Assembly (NCBI GenBank): GCA_046733255.1
Contig: JBKPOU010000029.1
Coordinates: forward strand, 5,714-69,713
Direction: 5' to 3'
Source: Pseudomonadota bacterium
GTDB taxonomy: Bacteria; Pseudomonadota; Alphaproteobacteria; Sphingomonadales; Sphingomonadaceae
DNA length: 64,000 nucleotides
Positions 1 to 9,144 of the stretch are shown here, one piece after another. The notes beneath the pieces are model-generated. The model ran no database searches. It saw only the letters and a program-made list of their open reading frames with translations, and was not told the DNA's origin. The translations under genes and the position numbers were made by a program. Position 1 is the first letter of the stretch; each line of letters opens with the position of its first letter.

Positions 1-643
1 CGATCCGATGATATTTCTCGACGGTCGCCCGAGTATCGTCATTAGGGCTTGCGACATGGTCGATGATCCCGACCACCGCGCCCGGCTTCATCGCGGCGTA
101 CAGAGCCTTCAGCCACATGTCCGGATCCATCTGCGGGATGTGCCGCTCCGGGTTCTGCCAATAGACGTCGTGATAATCCATGTTCATGATCAGGAAGTCG
201 TAGCGGTTGGTCCCGAGCAGCGGGTTCTCGAATGGGCTCGAGATCAAGGCGACATTCGGTTGATTCGCGGCGAACTGGGAAAACTCGGTCTTCCGCTTGT
301 CGTTCATGAACTGCGTCGGTTGCCAGACGACGACCGATCCCTGCGGCCCGACGACCGGCGCCATGATCTCCGACCAGTAGCGGTTGGCACCGAACATATC
401 GATCGCGTTCATGCCCGGCTTGAGACCGAAGAATTCGAGGACTTCAGCCGGCTTCCGGGACTCGTCCAGTTTCACATTGTCCGCTGTCCGCGAAGCGTTC
501 GCCACCGCGGCAGAGATCGCATTGTCCGGAACCGTGACATTGGCCGTCGCGCCCGGCGGAAGGTCGGCGCCCTGCGGCTGTGCCGTCGCCGCGCCCGGCA
601 CAAGCGTAAGAACTGCACAAAGAGATAAAGCCGGCTTCAACAT
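1..643 (-). CDS. Exported class I SAM-dependent methyltransferase-like protein (COG4798-like); 3' end runs off the window
   Basis: Not in the ORF track because it is truncated. Manual translation: MLKPALSLCAVLTLVPGAATAQ (signal peptide)...KPGMNAIDMFGANRYWSEIM...NMDYHD...IIDH...KYHRI. GAGGAG Shine-Dalgarno upstream. Paralogous to 28348..29127. Confidence 0.8.
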   Translation of the reverse strand, partial: MLKPALSLCAVLTLVPGAATAQPQGADLPPGATANVTVPDNAISAAVANASRTADNVKLDESRKPAEVLEFFGLKPGMNAIDMFGANRYWSEIMAPVVGPQGSVVVWQPTQFMNDKRKTEFSQFAANQPNVALISSPFENPLLGTNRYDFLIMNMDYHDVYWQNPERHIPQMDPDMWLKALYAAMKPGAVVGIIDHVASPNDDTRATVEKYHRI

Positions 644-781
644 GCGGTCGCTCCTCGCTGGAAACGATGGCTTATCGCGCCAACGTAACGAGCGCCAGCA
701 GGCGCGTCACAATGTCGCTTTCCCGACTTCGCGAATGACGCTAGATCTTCATTCTTAGCCGGGCATTTCGGGGGATTCGCC

Positions 782-1534
782 ATGGCCACCGTTGCAGCAC
801 CGCCTGTCGACCGCAAGTCAGCCGAGCGTAAATTCTACACGCGAATGGCGCTATTCCTGGTGTTCGTCGCATTCGCCGGCTTCGCGCCCAGCTTCTACCT
901 GCGCGGGATCGTGCCGGCCTATCCGCGACCCAACCCGACGCTTCCACCGGCGGTCATATTCCACGGGCTCGTTTTCACGGCCTGGATGGGCCTCCTAATC
1001 GTGCAGACGCAGCTGATCGCCGCCAGGAAACATGCCGTCCACATGATGCTCGGCAAGCTCGGGATGCTCTTCGCGATCTTGATGATCCCCGTCATGTACG
1101 TGACCGCTGTCTGGCAGGTCGCCCGTGCGAACCAGCCGCCGTTCACCGATCCGCTGACCTGGACCATCGTTCCGCTCGCAGTGATCTTTCCCTTCGCGAT
1201 CCTCGTCTGGAGCGGTTGGCAAAAGCGCCGCGACGCGCCCTGGCACAAGAGGCTGATGCTTTGTGCAGCGACCCTCGTCGTGATGGGGCCTGCATTCGGA
1301 CGATTGCCGATCGCCCCGCCGACGCTCGTCGGCTTCACGGTGCAGGTCCTGGCAAGCTTCGTCTTGTTCGTTCCGCTGATCATCTGGGACCGGCGGAGCC
1401 TGGGCCATGTCCACCCGGCAACGAAGTTCGGGATATCCATGGCGGCCTTGTGGGCCGTCGTCCCGCTCGCCGTCTATTGGGTCGGAATCGACTGGGCCGC
1501 ATTTGCCCGCAATCTCCCGGGAGTTGCGCCCTAG
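782..1534 (+). CDS. Polytopic membrane protein of unknown function with conserved-looking His residues
   Basis: 250 aa with about 6-7 hydrophobic segments; GGGGA RBS; motifs FHGLVF, HMMLGKLG, WHKRLML. Confidence 0.75.
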   Translation: MATVAAPPVDRKSAERKFYTRMALFLVFVAFAGFAPSFYLRGIVPAYPRPNPTLPPAVIFHGLVFTAWMGLLIVQTQLIAARKHAVHMMLGKLGMLFAILMIPVMYVTAVWQVARANQPPFTDPLTWTIVPLAVIFPFAILVWSGWQKRRDAPWHKRLMLCAATLVVMGPAFGRLPIAPPTLVGFTVQVLASFVLFVPLIIWDRRSLGHVHPATKFGISMAALWAVVPLAVYWVGIDWAAFARNLPGVAP

Positions 1535-1998
1535 CCGAACAGCGCCTTTCGCCGCTCGAGGCTGTCCGGCGGCCAGACCTGGCTGCTGTCGTAGTAGGCC
1601 TCAACCGCGAGCGCGCCTTCCGGCAATCGCACCCATGGCAGCTTCGATCGCGTGTAGATGTGGATGTCGGGTTCGACCGCTCCCGGATTATCGAGGGTTC
1701 CGACGCGAACGAAGCGCAGGATATCCGTCGCGCCCCCGTAATTGCTCCAAAGTGCAACTTCGCATTCGGGACAGCGCCAGACCTGCTGGCCCCGGCCGCT
1801 TTCCGTTGGCGTCATCACAGGGATCGGTTCGCCTTGGAGGGTCTCGACCTGGTCGCTTTCGATCAGCGCGTTGATCACGAATGCGCTTCCGGTTTCCGTC
1901 TGGCAGCAGGTGCAGTGGCAGCAATGGACGAACATCGGATCGCGGTTCAGCCGGTAGCGGACCGCCCCGCATGCGCAGCCGCCTTCCATCGCGCTCAT
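1531..1998 (-). CDS. GFA / CENP-V family zinc-binding protein
   Basis: GGCACGAVRY, HCCHCTCCQ and CPECE zinc motifs; HIYTRSK. Confidence 0.9.
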   Translation of the reverse strand: MSAMEGGCACGAVRYRLNRDPMFVHCCHCTCCQTETGSAFVINALIESDQVETLQGEPIPVMTPTESGRGQQVWRCPECEVALWSNYGGATDILRFVRVGTLDNPGAVEPDIHIYTRSKLPWVRLPEGALAVEAYYDSSQVWPPDSLERRKALFG

Positions 1999-3575
1999 GC
2001 CGTCGCCGCTCCCGCCTTCTCGGATGCCATCGAGGCGATGAGCTTCAGCGCCTCATGCGCCGAAAGGGCCGCACCTTCCTGCCACGCGGGCTGGAAGCTG
2101 ATGTGCTCGCCCGCGAACACGATCGGACCCTCCGGCTTGAAAAGCTCGGCATAATAGGCCGGGCGCGCGCCCTGGCCGCCGATGCCGGGCCAGCCGGGGC
2201 TGACGCCTTCGGAGTAAGGCGTTCGGCCCCACCGCACGGTAATCGGCTTCGAAAGAAGCTTAGACTTACCCGGATGGAGCGCCTCGATCGACTCGCGAAC
2301 GATCCGGAATTGCTCTTCATTGCTCAGGGCAGCGAAGGCGTCGGGATTGTCCGGGTTCGTCCAGCCGGCGACATAGGCGCCGACAAGAACGCCCTTGTCG
2401 CGATTGAAACCGTCGGACGGATAGATGACGTTCTCGTTCTTCCGATCGGTCCAGCCAAGACCCCCGAAAATCTGGTCGTCCGTTTCCCAGAAGCGAGGGC
2501 TCTCGAACCCGACTTTCACGCTCTTGAAATAAGGCGGCGCACTGGTGATCGCGGCCTTCTTCGCCGCGGAAAAGTCGTTCGGAATCCTCGACAGGAGCGT
2601 GAGCGGAAGCGTGCAGACGCAATAATCCGCCTCTTGTGCCCCTGAACCGTGCTCGATCCTGACTCGGTCGCCTGCCCTGCGTATGGCGGCCACCGTGGTG
2701 CCCAGCCGGACGAGCGGCTTCACCTGATCGTAGATTGCATGGGCGATGCGATCCATTCCGCCCACCGGCTGCAGCATCGTCGCCTGCATGTCGGGAATGA
2801 ACTCGAAAACCTGCGGAAGGCCGACGGCCTGATTAGGCAGGGTTTCGCGGAGGCTCAGCGGCGCAAGATCCTTCGGCTGTTGTCCATAAGCTCCGGGCTC
2901 GACGGCATAGCCGGATGCTGCGCCGACATTCCGATAAGTTCCGTCGGGCCCAAGTCCGCCGTAGAATTGAAGGAATTGCCGGAATTGCGCGAGCTCAGCT
3001 TTCGGCATCGCCTTGTCGAGCGCGTGCTGGTCGATCGCCTTCGCCAGCAGCTCTGCAATATGGCCGTGCAGATCGAGCGCCATCCGGCGGCCGGGCTGGA
3101 CCTTGCCGGCAAAATCCCAGCGCGCGTTCCGGTTGGTATTGACGAAGGTTTCGAGGGGGACTCCGAAGCGGCGCGCATAGCCGAGGATCGCGCGGTGCGA
3201 TGAGGGTATCCGGGCGGCGCCCGCATTGAAGTAGAGCCCCTGGTCGAACTCGGCCCGCTGCATCGGCATTCCGAACTGTTCGATCGCGTCGCCGCCGCGG
3301 ATCGTCCAGACTCGCCCGCCGACGCGGTTCCGCGCCTCCAAAACGGTCACGTCGTAGCCCGCCCGCTGCAATTCGTAGGCGGAGACGAGCCCCGCGATTC
3401 CGGCGCCGAGGATGACCACCGATTTGCCGTTTCCGCTGGCGGGCGGAAGCTCGAAATTCTCCGCATTCGCCGGCGTCGGGATTGCGAGCCCGAGGGCCTC
3501 CATCGCGAAATAGGCGGCTCCCGCGCCGCCAACCGCGCCGATCCGGTGAAGCAGGTTCCGACGAGTGAGAGTCAT
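1995..3575 (-). CDS. Flavin monoamine oxidase / L-amino acid oxidase family protein with Tat-like signal
   Basis: Start re-set to ATG at 3575 (MTLTRRNLL...ANA). GAGIAGL dinucleotide fold, RVGGR, C-terminal FAGEH...WQEGA. Confidence 0.9.
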   Translation of the reverse strand: MTLTRRNLLHRIGAVGGAGAAYFAMEALGLAIPTPANAENFELPPASGNGKSVVILGAGIAGLVSAYELQRAGYDVTVLEARNRVGGRVWTIRGGDAIEQFGMPMQRAEFDQGLYFNAGAARIPSSHRAILGYARRFGVPLETFVNTNRNARWDFAGKVQPGRRMALDLHGHIAELLAKAIDQHALDKAMPKAELAQFRQFLQFYGGLGPDGTYRNVGAASGYAVEPGAYGQQPKDLAPLSLRETLPNQAVGLPQVFEFIPDMQATMLQPVGGMDRIAHAIYDQVKPLVRLGTTVAAIRRAGDRVRIEHGSGAQEADYCVCTLPLTLLSRIPNDFSAAKKAAITSAPPYFKSVKVGFESPRFWETDDQIFGGLGWTDRKNENVIYPSDGFNRDKGVLVGAYVAGWTNPDNPDAFAALSNEEQFRIVRESIEALHPGKSKLLSKPITVRWGRTPYSEGVSPGWPGIGGQGARPAYYAELFKPEGPIVFAGEHISFQPAWQEGAALSAHEALKLIASMASEKAGAATA

Positions 3576-3641
3576 GGCCGCTGTCCCCCTTCGGCCAGAC
3601 TGCATCGAATCCCGTTGTACCGCAATTTTTCTTGGAAAGGC

Positions 3642-3666
3642 GCATCGCCCTGCGCGCTGGGGCGTT
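3642..3666 (+). promoter_or_regulatory. Weak candidate EcfG (general stress sigma) promoter
   Basis: GCATC-N16-CGTT upstream of the PA2169-family gene; the -35 matches GGAAC at only 3 of 5 positions. Confidence 0.3.
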
Positions 3667-3701
3667 CTTGCACGGAGCCCTTCCCACCAAGGAGAATTTC
3701 T

Positions 3702-4157
3702 ATGGACAATGACTCACAGGTATCAGCGCTGAAGACGCTGACGACCACACTTATCGACAGCATCAACGGCTATGACGAGGCAGCCGAGAATACCGAAAAC
3801 CAGCGCTTCAAGCAGCTCTTCCGCGAGCATGCGCAGGATCGCCGTCAGGTCGCTGACGACCTGAGCTCGGAAATCCGCAGGCTCGGCGGCGACGCTCCCG
3901 ACGACGGATCGTTCATGGGCAAGACCCACCAGGCCTGGCTCGACCTCAAGGCAGCGGTGACCGGCCAGGACGATGAAAGGGTCATCAACTCGGTCGAGGC
4001 CGGAGAGGATTACCTCAAGGAGAAGTTCGAGACCGCGCTCGACAGCGACGAGCTTACCGGCGAAGTGCGCCAGGCGGTCGAACGCGCCTATCAGTCGGTC
4101 CGCTCAGGCCATGACCAGATCAGCCGGATCAAGCATCAGATGGACGCGAACGACTGA
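3702..4157 (+). CDS. PA2169 family / DUF2383 ferritin-like four-helix bundle protein
   Basis: Start at ATG 3702 after AAGGAG; LIDSINGY, HQAWLDLK, EAGEDYLKEKF. Confidence 0.88.
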   Translation: MDNDSQVSALKTLTTTLIDSINGYDEAAENTENQRFKQLFREHAQDRRQVADDLSSEIRRLGGDAPDDGSFMGKTHQAWLDLKAAVTGQDDERVINSVEAGEDYLKEKFETALDSDELTGEVRQAVERAYQSVRSGHDQISRIKHQMDAND

Positions 4158-4165
4158 GGCGTCGG

Positions 4166-4831
4166 TTAGCCGCCGAAGGCGAGCCGAATGTGCTGGCGGA
4201 ACAACCTGGTCTGCCTACCCATGAGGCCAGCGTCTTCGAGAGCTTTCGAAAGGATGATGGCGCCCTCGACGATGGCCGTGAGGTTGTCGGCGAGGGCGTC
4301 CATGTCCGTTTCCAGCCGCGGTGGGTAAAGCGACGCAATCTCTTGCAGCCACCTCGAAAAGCGGCTGCGCATCCGAAGCAGGTAATCGACGTTCATTCGC
4401 CGAACCTCGGAATCGAACAGCCGGTCCTGGTATGTGACGCTCGCGACCATGCAGCCGGGATGGAGCGTCTCCATGTCGTCCATCATCTGCGCGTAGAGGT
4501 TGAGGAAGATCAGGAAGCTTTGGAGCGGATCGTCGCTGAGCGCCCTCGCCCTTTTCTCCAGCGTTTCGATGATGGTCTCATCCTCGGTGAGGAAGCGGTC
4601 GAACAGCTGCCGCGCGAGATCGTTCTTGTCCTTGAAATGATAGAAAAATCCGCTCTTCGTAATTCCAGCGGCTTCGACCAGCTCCTCGATCGAGGTCGCT
4701 GCGAACCCCTTCTGCACGATCGCCTCATAGGCGAAATCGAGGATCCGCTCCCGAGTTCGCTCGCCCTTCGACTGGGCGGAGGATTCCAACTGTACCGAAG
4801 GTCCAGTTTTCTCGACGAGCTTCTGGATCAT
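4166..4831 (-). CDS. TetR/AcrR family transcriptional regulator (alternative TTG start at 4789)
   Basis: HTH region TSIEELVEAAGITKSGFFYHFKDKNDL. Confidence 0.92.
   Translation of the reverse strand: MIQKLVEKTGPSVQLESSAQSKGERTRERILDFAYEAIVQKGFAATSIEELVEAAGITKSGFFYHFKDKNDLARQLFDRFLTEDETIIETLEKRARALSDDPLQSFLIFLNLYAQMMDDMETLHPGCMVASVTYQDRLFDSEVRRMNVDYLLRMRSRFSRWLQEIASLYPPRLETDMDALADNLTAIVEGAIILSKALEDAGLMGRQTRLFRQHIRLAFGG
4788..4808. promoter_or_regulatory. Candidate TetR operator (21-bp imperfect palindrome)
   Basis: AACTGTACC-GAA-GGTCCAGTT, 8 of 9 arm positions pair; related half-site AACTGCACCG at 4901-4910. Confidence 0.5.
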
Positions 4832-4980
4832 GTCGCTCAGCCCCGATGTTCAGGAGTGCAAAATAGCATGGAAAACCGCGCTTCCTAAGCGGGCGGAGGA
4901 AACTGCACCGCGCGCCCGCTAGAGCTGCTATCGTCCAATGCACTAGTTGCGTCCCCCATCGGAAAGACACGGGGACCAGG

Positions 4981-5703
4981 ATGATCGGCCTTTATCACTA
5001 CGTCGCACTGTCGATGTTCACCGGCTTCGCCTTGCTCGAGCTTCTGTCGCGCGGGCGCAATTTCCCGGAAGTGACTCGATGGCGCCTGAAGGGCAGTGCC
5101 TTTACCCTGCTCTATTTTGCGATCGGCACCTACGCCCCTTTGCTCTGGGACGAATGGCTCGGAAGCCATCGTCTCTTCGCTGCGGACACGCTTCCGCTCT
5201 GGGCGCAGATCGTCGGCGGTTTCTTCGCTCTCGAGGCAGGGATCTATGCGTGGCACCGGACGATGCACAACACTCCGTTCCTGTGGCGTTGGTTCCACCA
5301 GATGCACCACAGCGCAGAACGCGTGGATATCTGGGGAGCTTTATACTTCCACCCCTTCGACAGCATCGGCTGGTCATTGCTCGGAAGCTTTGCCCTGGTG
5401 CTTGTCTTCGGTGTCAGCGCCGACGCGGCAATCATCATCAACTTCGCGGCGACGTTCATGGGCATGTTCCAGCACGCCAACATCAAGACTCCGCTCTGGG
5501 TCGGCTATTTCATCCAGCGGCCGGAAAGCCATTCGGCGCACCACGAGCGCGGAGTGCACGCCCGCAACTACGGCGACCTGCCGCTGTTCGACATGATATT
5601 CGGGACATTCCACAATCCGCAGAGCTTCAACGGCCAGTGCGGATTCTTTGACGGTGGATCCAAACGCGTCGGTGAGATGCTGATCGGGCGAGAGATCGCC
5701 TAA
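4981..5703 (+). CDS. Sterol desaturase / fatty acid hydroxylase family membrane di-iron enzyme
   Basis: His boxes WHRTMH, HQMHH, FQHAN, HSAHH; transmembrane segments. Confidence 0.9.
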   Translation: MIGLYHYVALSMFTGFALLELLSRGRNFPEVTRWRLKGSAFTLLYFAIGTYAPLLWDEWLGSHRLFAADTLPLWAQIVGGFFALEAGIYAWHRTMHNTPFLWRWFHQMHHSAERVDIWGALYFHPFDSIGWSLLGSFALVLVFGVSADAAIIINFAATFMGMFQHANIKTPLWVGYFIQRPESHSAHHERGVHARNYGDLPLFDMIFGTFHNPQSFNGQCGFFDGGSKRVGEMLIGREIA

Positions 5704-5706
5704 GCG

Positions 5707-6996
5707 TCAGTTAGAGCCGCTGCCGCTGTCGCTCGTTTCATCGTCATCACTCGCGACCGGCGTCGGCGCTCCCAGCGAATCGATCTTGAGCCAGTCCTTG
5801 AACGGCCGGTGATAGATCATGTCCATCACTTCGAACTCAAGGCCGCCGGGCTGGTTCGTATTGCTGTTCCAGAGGGCAACGACTCCGCTCTTCTTGATGG
5901 GGTCGAACAGGATCAGGGAGCGGTAACCGTCGACTCCGCCACGGTGGCCGACGACGACGTGTCCTCCATAATCGTAGCTTCGCCAGCCATAGCCGTACCA
6001 GGCGCTCTCCAGCGGTTCGCTCGGCATGTGCAGCCGACCGCGCTCGTTCGGAGTCCTCGCGAGCCTGGAGTGCAGCGCTTTGAGCACGCGCGGTGAGATC
6101 ACGTCCGGCATCTCGCCCATCTGGGCGACCATCCACAGCGCCATGTCCTTGATATCGCTGTTCACGCCGCCGGCCGCCGGGACCTTGTAGTAAGCGTCGG
6201 AGAGATCGATTTCGCGCCGCCCGGCATTATGCGGACGTGCCCAGCTCTTCGAATTCATGAGGCCGTCGCGCGACACGCTGGCGCTGGTCATTCCGATCGG
6301 GTCGAAGAGCCTCCGCTTCAGCGCCTTCTCGTAGGACTTGCCGGTCTCATGCTCGACGATCTCGGAAGCCGCGTCGAACGCGACATTCTCGTAATTCCAG
6401 CAGGTCCCAGGCTGACAGACGAGACTGAGAGCGCCGATGTCGTTTCGTATCGTTTGCGGGTCGATCCCGTCCTCGAGGCGCTCATCATAGGCGTTGTGAT
6501 AGATACCGAGCCGGTGGCTGAGCAGGTCGCTCACGGTCGCGCGCTGCTCGGCGCTGCCCGGAAGCCTCAGCGTCGTCTTGTAGACTGAGATGGGCGCGTC
6601 GAGATCGACCTTGCCTTGCTCCGCGAGCTTGGCGACCATCGTCGCCGCCACACCCTTCGAGCACGAGGCCCAGCGGAAAACCGTCTCGGCAGTCACCGGA
6701 TCGCCGGAGCGGGCGAGCGTTTCCCCATAGCCCTTGAGGAAGGTGATCCGCCCGTTCTCGACGACCCCGATGGCCATGCCGACCATTGTCGGCCGGTCCA
6801 TCAGGCGGGTCAGCCGAGCGTCGAGCAGCTTGTAATTGACATCGTGGCGGGCCGCCGGCGTAACCTGCGCAAGCCGCGCATGCGCGATCTGGGCCCTTTT
6901 TTCCTGCTCGTCAGTCGAACCCGGCCGTGTGGCGACGAGCGCAGATCCGGCGACCAGCGCGACGGTTCCAATTGCGATTTTGTGCGATAATTTCAA
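5707..6996 (-). CDS. Serine hydrolase, beta-lactamase class C / esterase family, with N-terminal anchor or signal
   Basis: SxxK motif (SCSK), YxN motif (YEN), HRGG. TTG start at 6996 after GGGGAG is preferred over the ORF-track start at 7125. Confidence 0.82.
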   Translation of the reverse strand: MKLSHKIAIGTVALVAGSALVATRPGSTDEQEKRAQIAHARLAQVTPAARHDVNYKLLDARLTRLMDRPTMVGMAIGVVENGRITFLKGYGETLARSGDPVTAETVFRWASCSKGVAATMVAKLAEQGKVDLDAPISVYKTTLRLPGSAEQRATVSDLLSHRLGIYHNAYDERLEDGIDPQTIRNDIGALSLVCQPGTCWNYENVAFDAASEIVEHETGKSYEKALKRRLFDPIGMTSASVSRDGLMNSKSWARPHNAGRREIDLSDAYYKVPAAGGVNSDIKDMALWMVAQMGEMPDVISPRVLKALHSRLARTPNERGRLHMPSEPLESAWYGYGWRSYDYGGHVVVGHRGGVDGYRSLILFDPIKKSGVVALWNSNTNQPGGLEFEVMDMIYHRPFKDWLKIDSLGAPTPVASDDDETSDSGSGSN

Positions 6997-7169
6997 ACAA
7001 CCACTCCCCACGCGCCCCTGCGCGGTGTTGCCCCGAGTGAAACGTTGCTCAACACGACAAGCTGCGCTGTGCGACGAACCGACGACTAAGCACGACGAAC
7101 GCTGCCGAGGCATCGCTCTGGCCAATGGCGCGACGCTCGCTTAAGGCGCTGGTCGCGGGAGGGCGGCCG

Positions 7170-7442
7170 ATGCGGTTCTTGAAGACCCTTTTCTGGATCG
7201 TCGTCGCTGCTCTGGTGACGCTGTTCGCAGCGCGCAACTGGCGGGACGTGACCGTAGATCTCTGGGGCAAGCTCCAGGCCGACATAAAATTGCCTGTGCT
7301 CCTGCTGCTGGTCTTCCTGATCGGCTTCATCCCCACATGGCTGACTTTCCGTGCCAGGCTGTGGCGCGTGACCAACAGAGTCAGCATGGCCCAGCGTGAC
7401 CTTGGCCGCCCCTATGAAGAGGAGCTGGAAACGACCGAATGA
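7170..7442 (+). CDS. lapA: LapA family (DUF1049) small membrane protein
   Basis: MRFLKTLFW...FAARNWRDVTVDLW...LPVLLLLVFLIG, two hydrophobic segments; lies directly upstream of pyrF. Confidence 0.7.
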   Translation: MRFLKTLFWIVVAALVTLFAARNWRDVTVDLWGKLQADIKLPVLLLLVFLIGFIPTWLTFRARLWRVTNRVSMAQRDLGRPYEEELETTE

Positions 7443-8110
7443 AGTCCATCTTCGTCGCCATCGACACACCCGACCTGGACCACGCGCGAACCCTCGCCAA
7501 TGCCGTCAGATCCTCGGCGGGCGGAGTGAAGCTGGGCCTGGAATTCTTTTGCGCGAACGGTCCGGGCGGGGTTCACGAGATCGCTTCGTCGGGGCTTCCG
7601 ATCTTCCTCGACTTGAAGCTCCACGACATTCCGAACACGGTTGCAAAGGCGGTGCAGGCGCTCCGCCCGCTGGCGCCTGCGGTCCTCACCGTTCACGCCG
7701 CAGGTGGCAGGGCGATGCTGGAGGAGGCAAAGGCGGCCGCTCCGGAAAAGACGAAGGTGGTCGCGGTCACGGTGCTGACGAGCCTCGATGAGAACGACCT
7801 CAAATCGGCCGGCGTCTCCTCCAAACCGGCCGAGCAGGTTGCGCGGCTGGCATCGCTCGCCCGCGAATCCGGGCTCGACGGAATCGTCTGCTCGGGCGCT
7901 GAGGTCAAAGCGGCAAAGCGCGCCTGGCCGGGTGGTTTTTTCGTCGTTCCCGGAGTGAGGCCCGAAGGAAGCGGCGCGGGCGATCAAAAGCGCGTCGTGA
8001 CTCCGCGCGCCGCGCTCGACGACGGCGCTTCGATCCTCGTGATCGGACGTCCGATCACCGCCGCCGACGATCCGAAGGCCGCTCTGAAGGCCATCGCCGC
8101 GACGCTCTAA
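7439..8110 (+). CDS. pyrF: Orotidine-5'-phosphate decarboxylase
   Basis: [10 protein letters not shown] active-site motif; VPGVRP; VIGRPIT. Confidence 0.97.
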   Translation: MKSIFVAIDTPDLDHARTLANAVRSSAGGVKLGLEFFCANGPGGVHEIASSGLPIFLDLKLHDIPNTVAKAVQALRPLAPAVLTVHAAGGRAMLEEAKAAAPEKTKVVAVTVLTSLDENDLKSAGVSSKPAEQVARLASLARESGLDGIVCSGAEVKAAKRAWPGGFFVVPGVRPEGSGAGDQKRVVTPRAALDDGASILVIGRPITAADDPKAALKAIAATL

Positions 8111-8171
8111 CAGGTGGACAACGCGCGCCGCTTCGGCCTACCGCGCGCGGTCACGAAAGGCCCGAGATACG

Positions 8172-9026
8172 ATGAGCTGGCTGAGCCGAGTTCGAAGCGG
8201 AATTCCGTTCCTTCCCAAGCGCCAGTCGCCCGACACCTTGTGGCACAAGTGCGCCAAATGCGGGACGATGGTCTTCCTCAAGGAATGGGAAGACAATCTT
8301 CGGGTTTGCCCGCGGTGCGACTTCCACGACCGCATCGGACCGAAGCATCGCTTCGAGTACATCTTCGACGGCGACGAATATGAGTTGCTGCCCGCGCCGG
8401 AGGTGCGCGAGGATCCGCTAAAGTTCCGGGACAGCAAGCGCTACACCGACCGCCTGAAGGAAGCGCGGTCAAAGACCGGCGAGCGCGACGCGCTTTTGAA
8501 CGCAAAGGGGAAGATCGAGGGGCACGACGTGGTGGTCGGGGTCCAGGACTTCGCCTTCATGGGAGGGTCGATGGGCATCGCCGTCGGCACGGCTTTCATC
8601 AACGGGATCCGCGCGGCAATCGAGGCCAAGGTCCCGTACGTCATATTTACCGCGTCGGGCGGGGCGCGGATGCAGGAAGCGGTTTTGTCGCTGATGCAGC
8701 TTCCGCGAACCACGGTCGCGATTACCCAACTCAGGGAAGCCGGCCTGCCCTACATCGTCATCCTCACCGACCCGACGACCGGCGGAGTGACCGCATCCTA
8801 TGCGATGCTCGGCGACATCCAGATCGCCGAGCCTGGCGCCCTTATCGGTTTCGCTGGCCAGCGCGTGATCGAGCAAACGATCCGTGAGAAGCTGCCCGAA
8901 GGATTCCAACGCGCCGAATATCTCCTCCAGCACGGGATGATCGACATGGTCGTGCCGCGCCAGCAGCTGAAGGAGACGCTGGCGAAAGTCATTGGCTATC
9001 TGATGCCGAAAAAGAAGGCGGCGTGA
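8172..9026 (+). CDS. accD: Acetyl-CoA carboxylase carboxyltransferase beta subunit
   Basis: KCAKC...CPRC zinc finger, [22 protein letters not shown]. Confidence 0.97.
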   Translation: MSWLSRVRSGIPFLPKRQSPDTLWHKCAKCGTMVFLKEWEDNLRVCPRCDFHDRIGPKHRFEYIFDGDEYELLPAPEVREDPLKFRDSKRYTDRLKEARSKTGERDALLNAKGKIEGHDVVVGVQDFAFMGGSMGIAVGTAFINGIRAAIEAKVPYVIFTASGGARMQEAVLSLMQLPRTTVAITQLREAGLPYIVILTDPTTGGVTASYAMLGDIQIAEPGALIGFAGQRVIEQTIREKLPEGFQRAEYLLQHGMIDMVVPRQQLKETLAKVIGYLMPKKKAA

Positions 9027-9032
9027 GAAAGC

Positions 9033-9142
9033 TCCCCCTTCCGCAGGCGGGAGGGGGTTGGGGAGTGGGCCTGTGGAGCGCCCATCATGCCCGCCCCGTC
9101 GCCGCCTCGCGGCTCTCCCCCTCTCGCGACCGGGAGCGGGGA
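9033..9142. repeat. Double-hairpin REP/REPIN-like intergenic element
   Basis: Hairpin CCCCCTTCCG-CAGG-CGGGAGGGGG at 9034-9057 and a degenerate inverted partner at 9116-9142; inner GGGAGTGGGC / GCCCGCCCC complementarity. Confidence 0.55.
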
Positions 9143-9144
9143 TA

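Noticed and set aside
8111-8174. trpA 3' remnant ending in a TGA that overlaps the accD ATG
   Set aside because: Any ATG-A start creates this TGA, and the short peptide shows no recognisable TrpA similarity.
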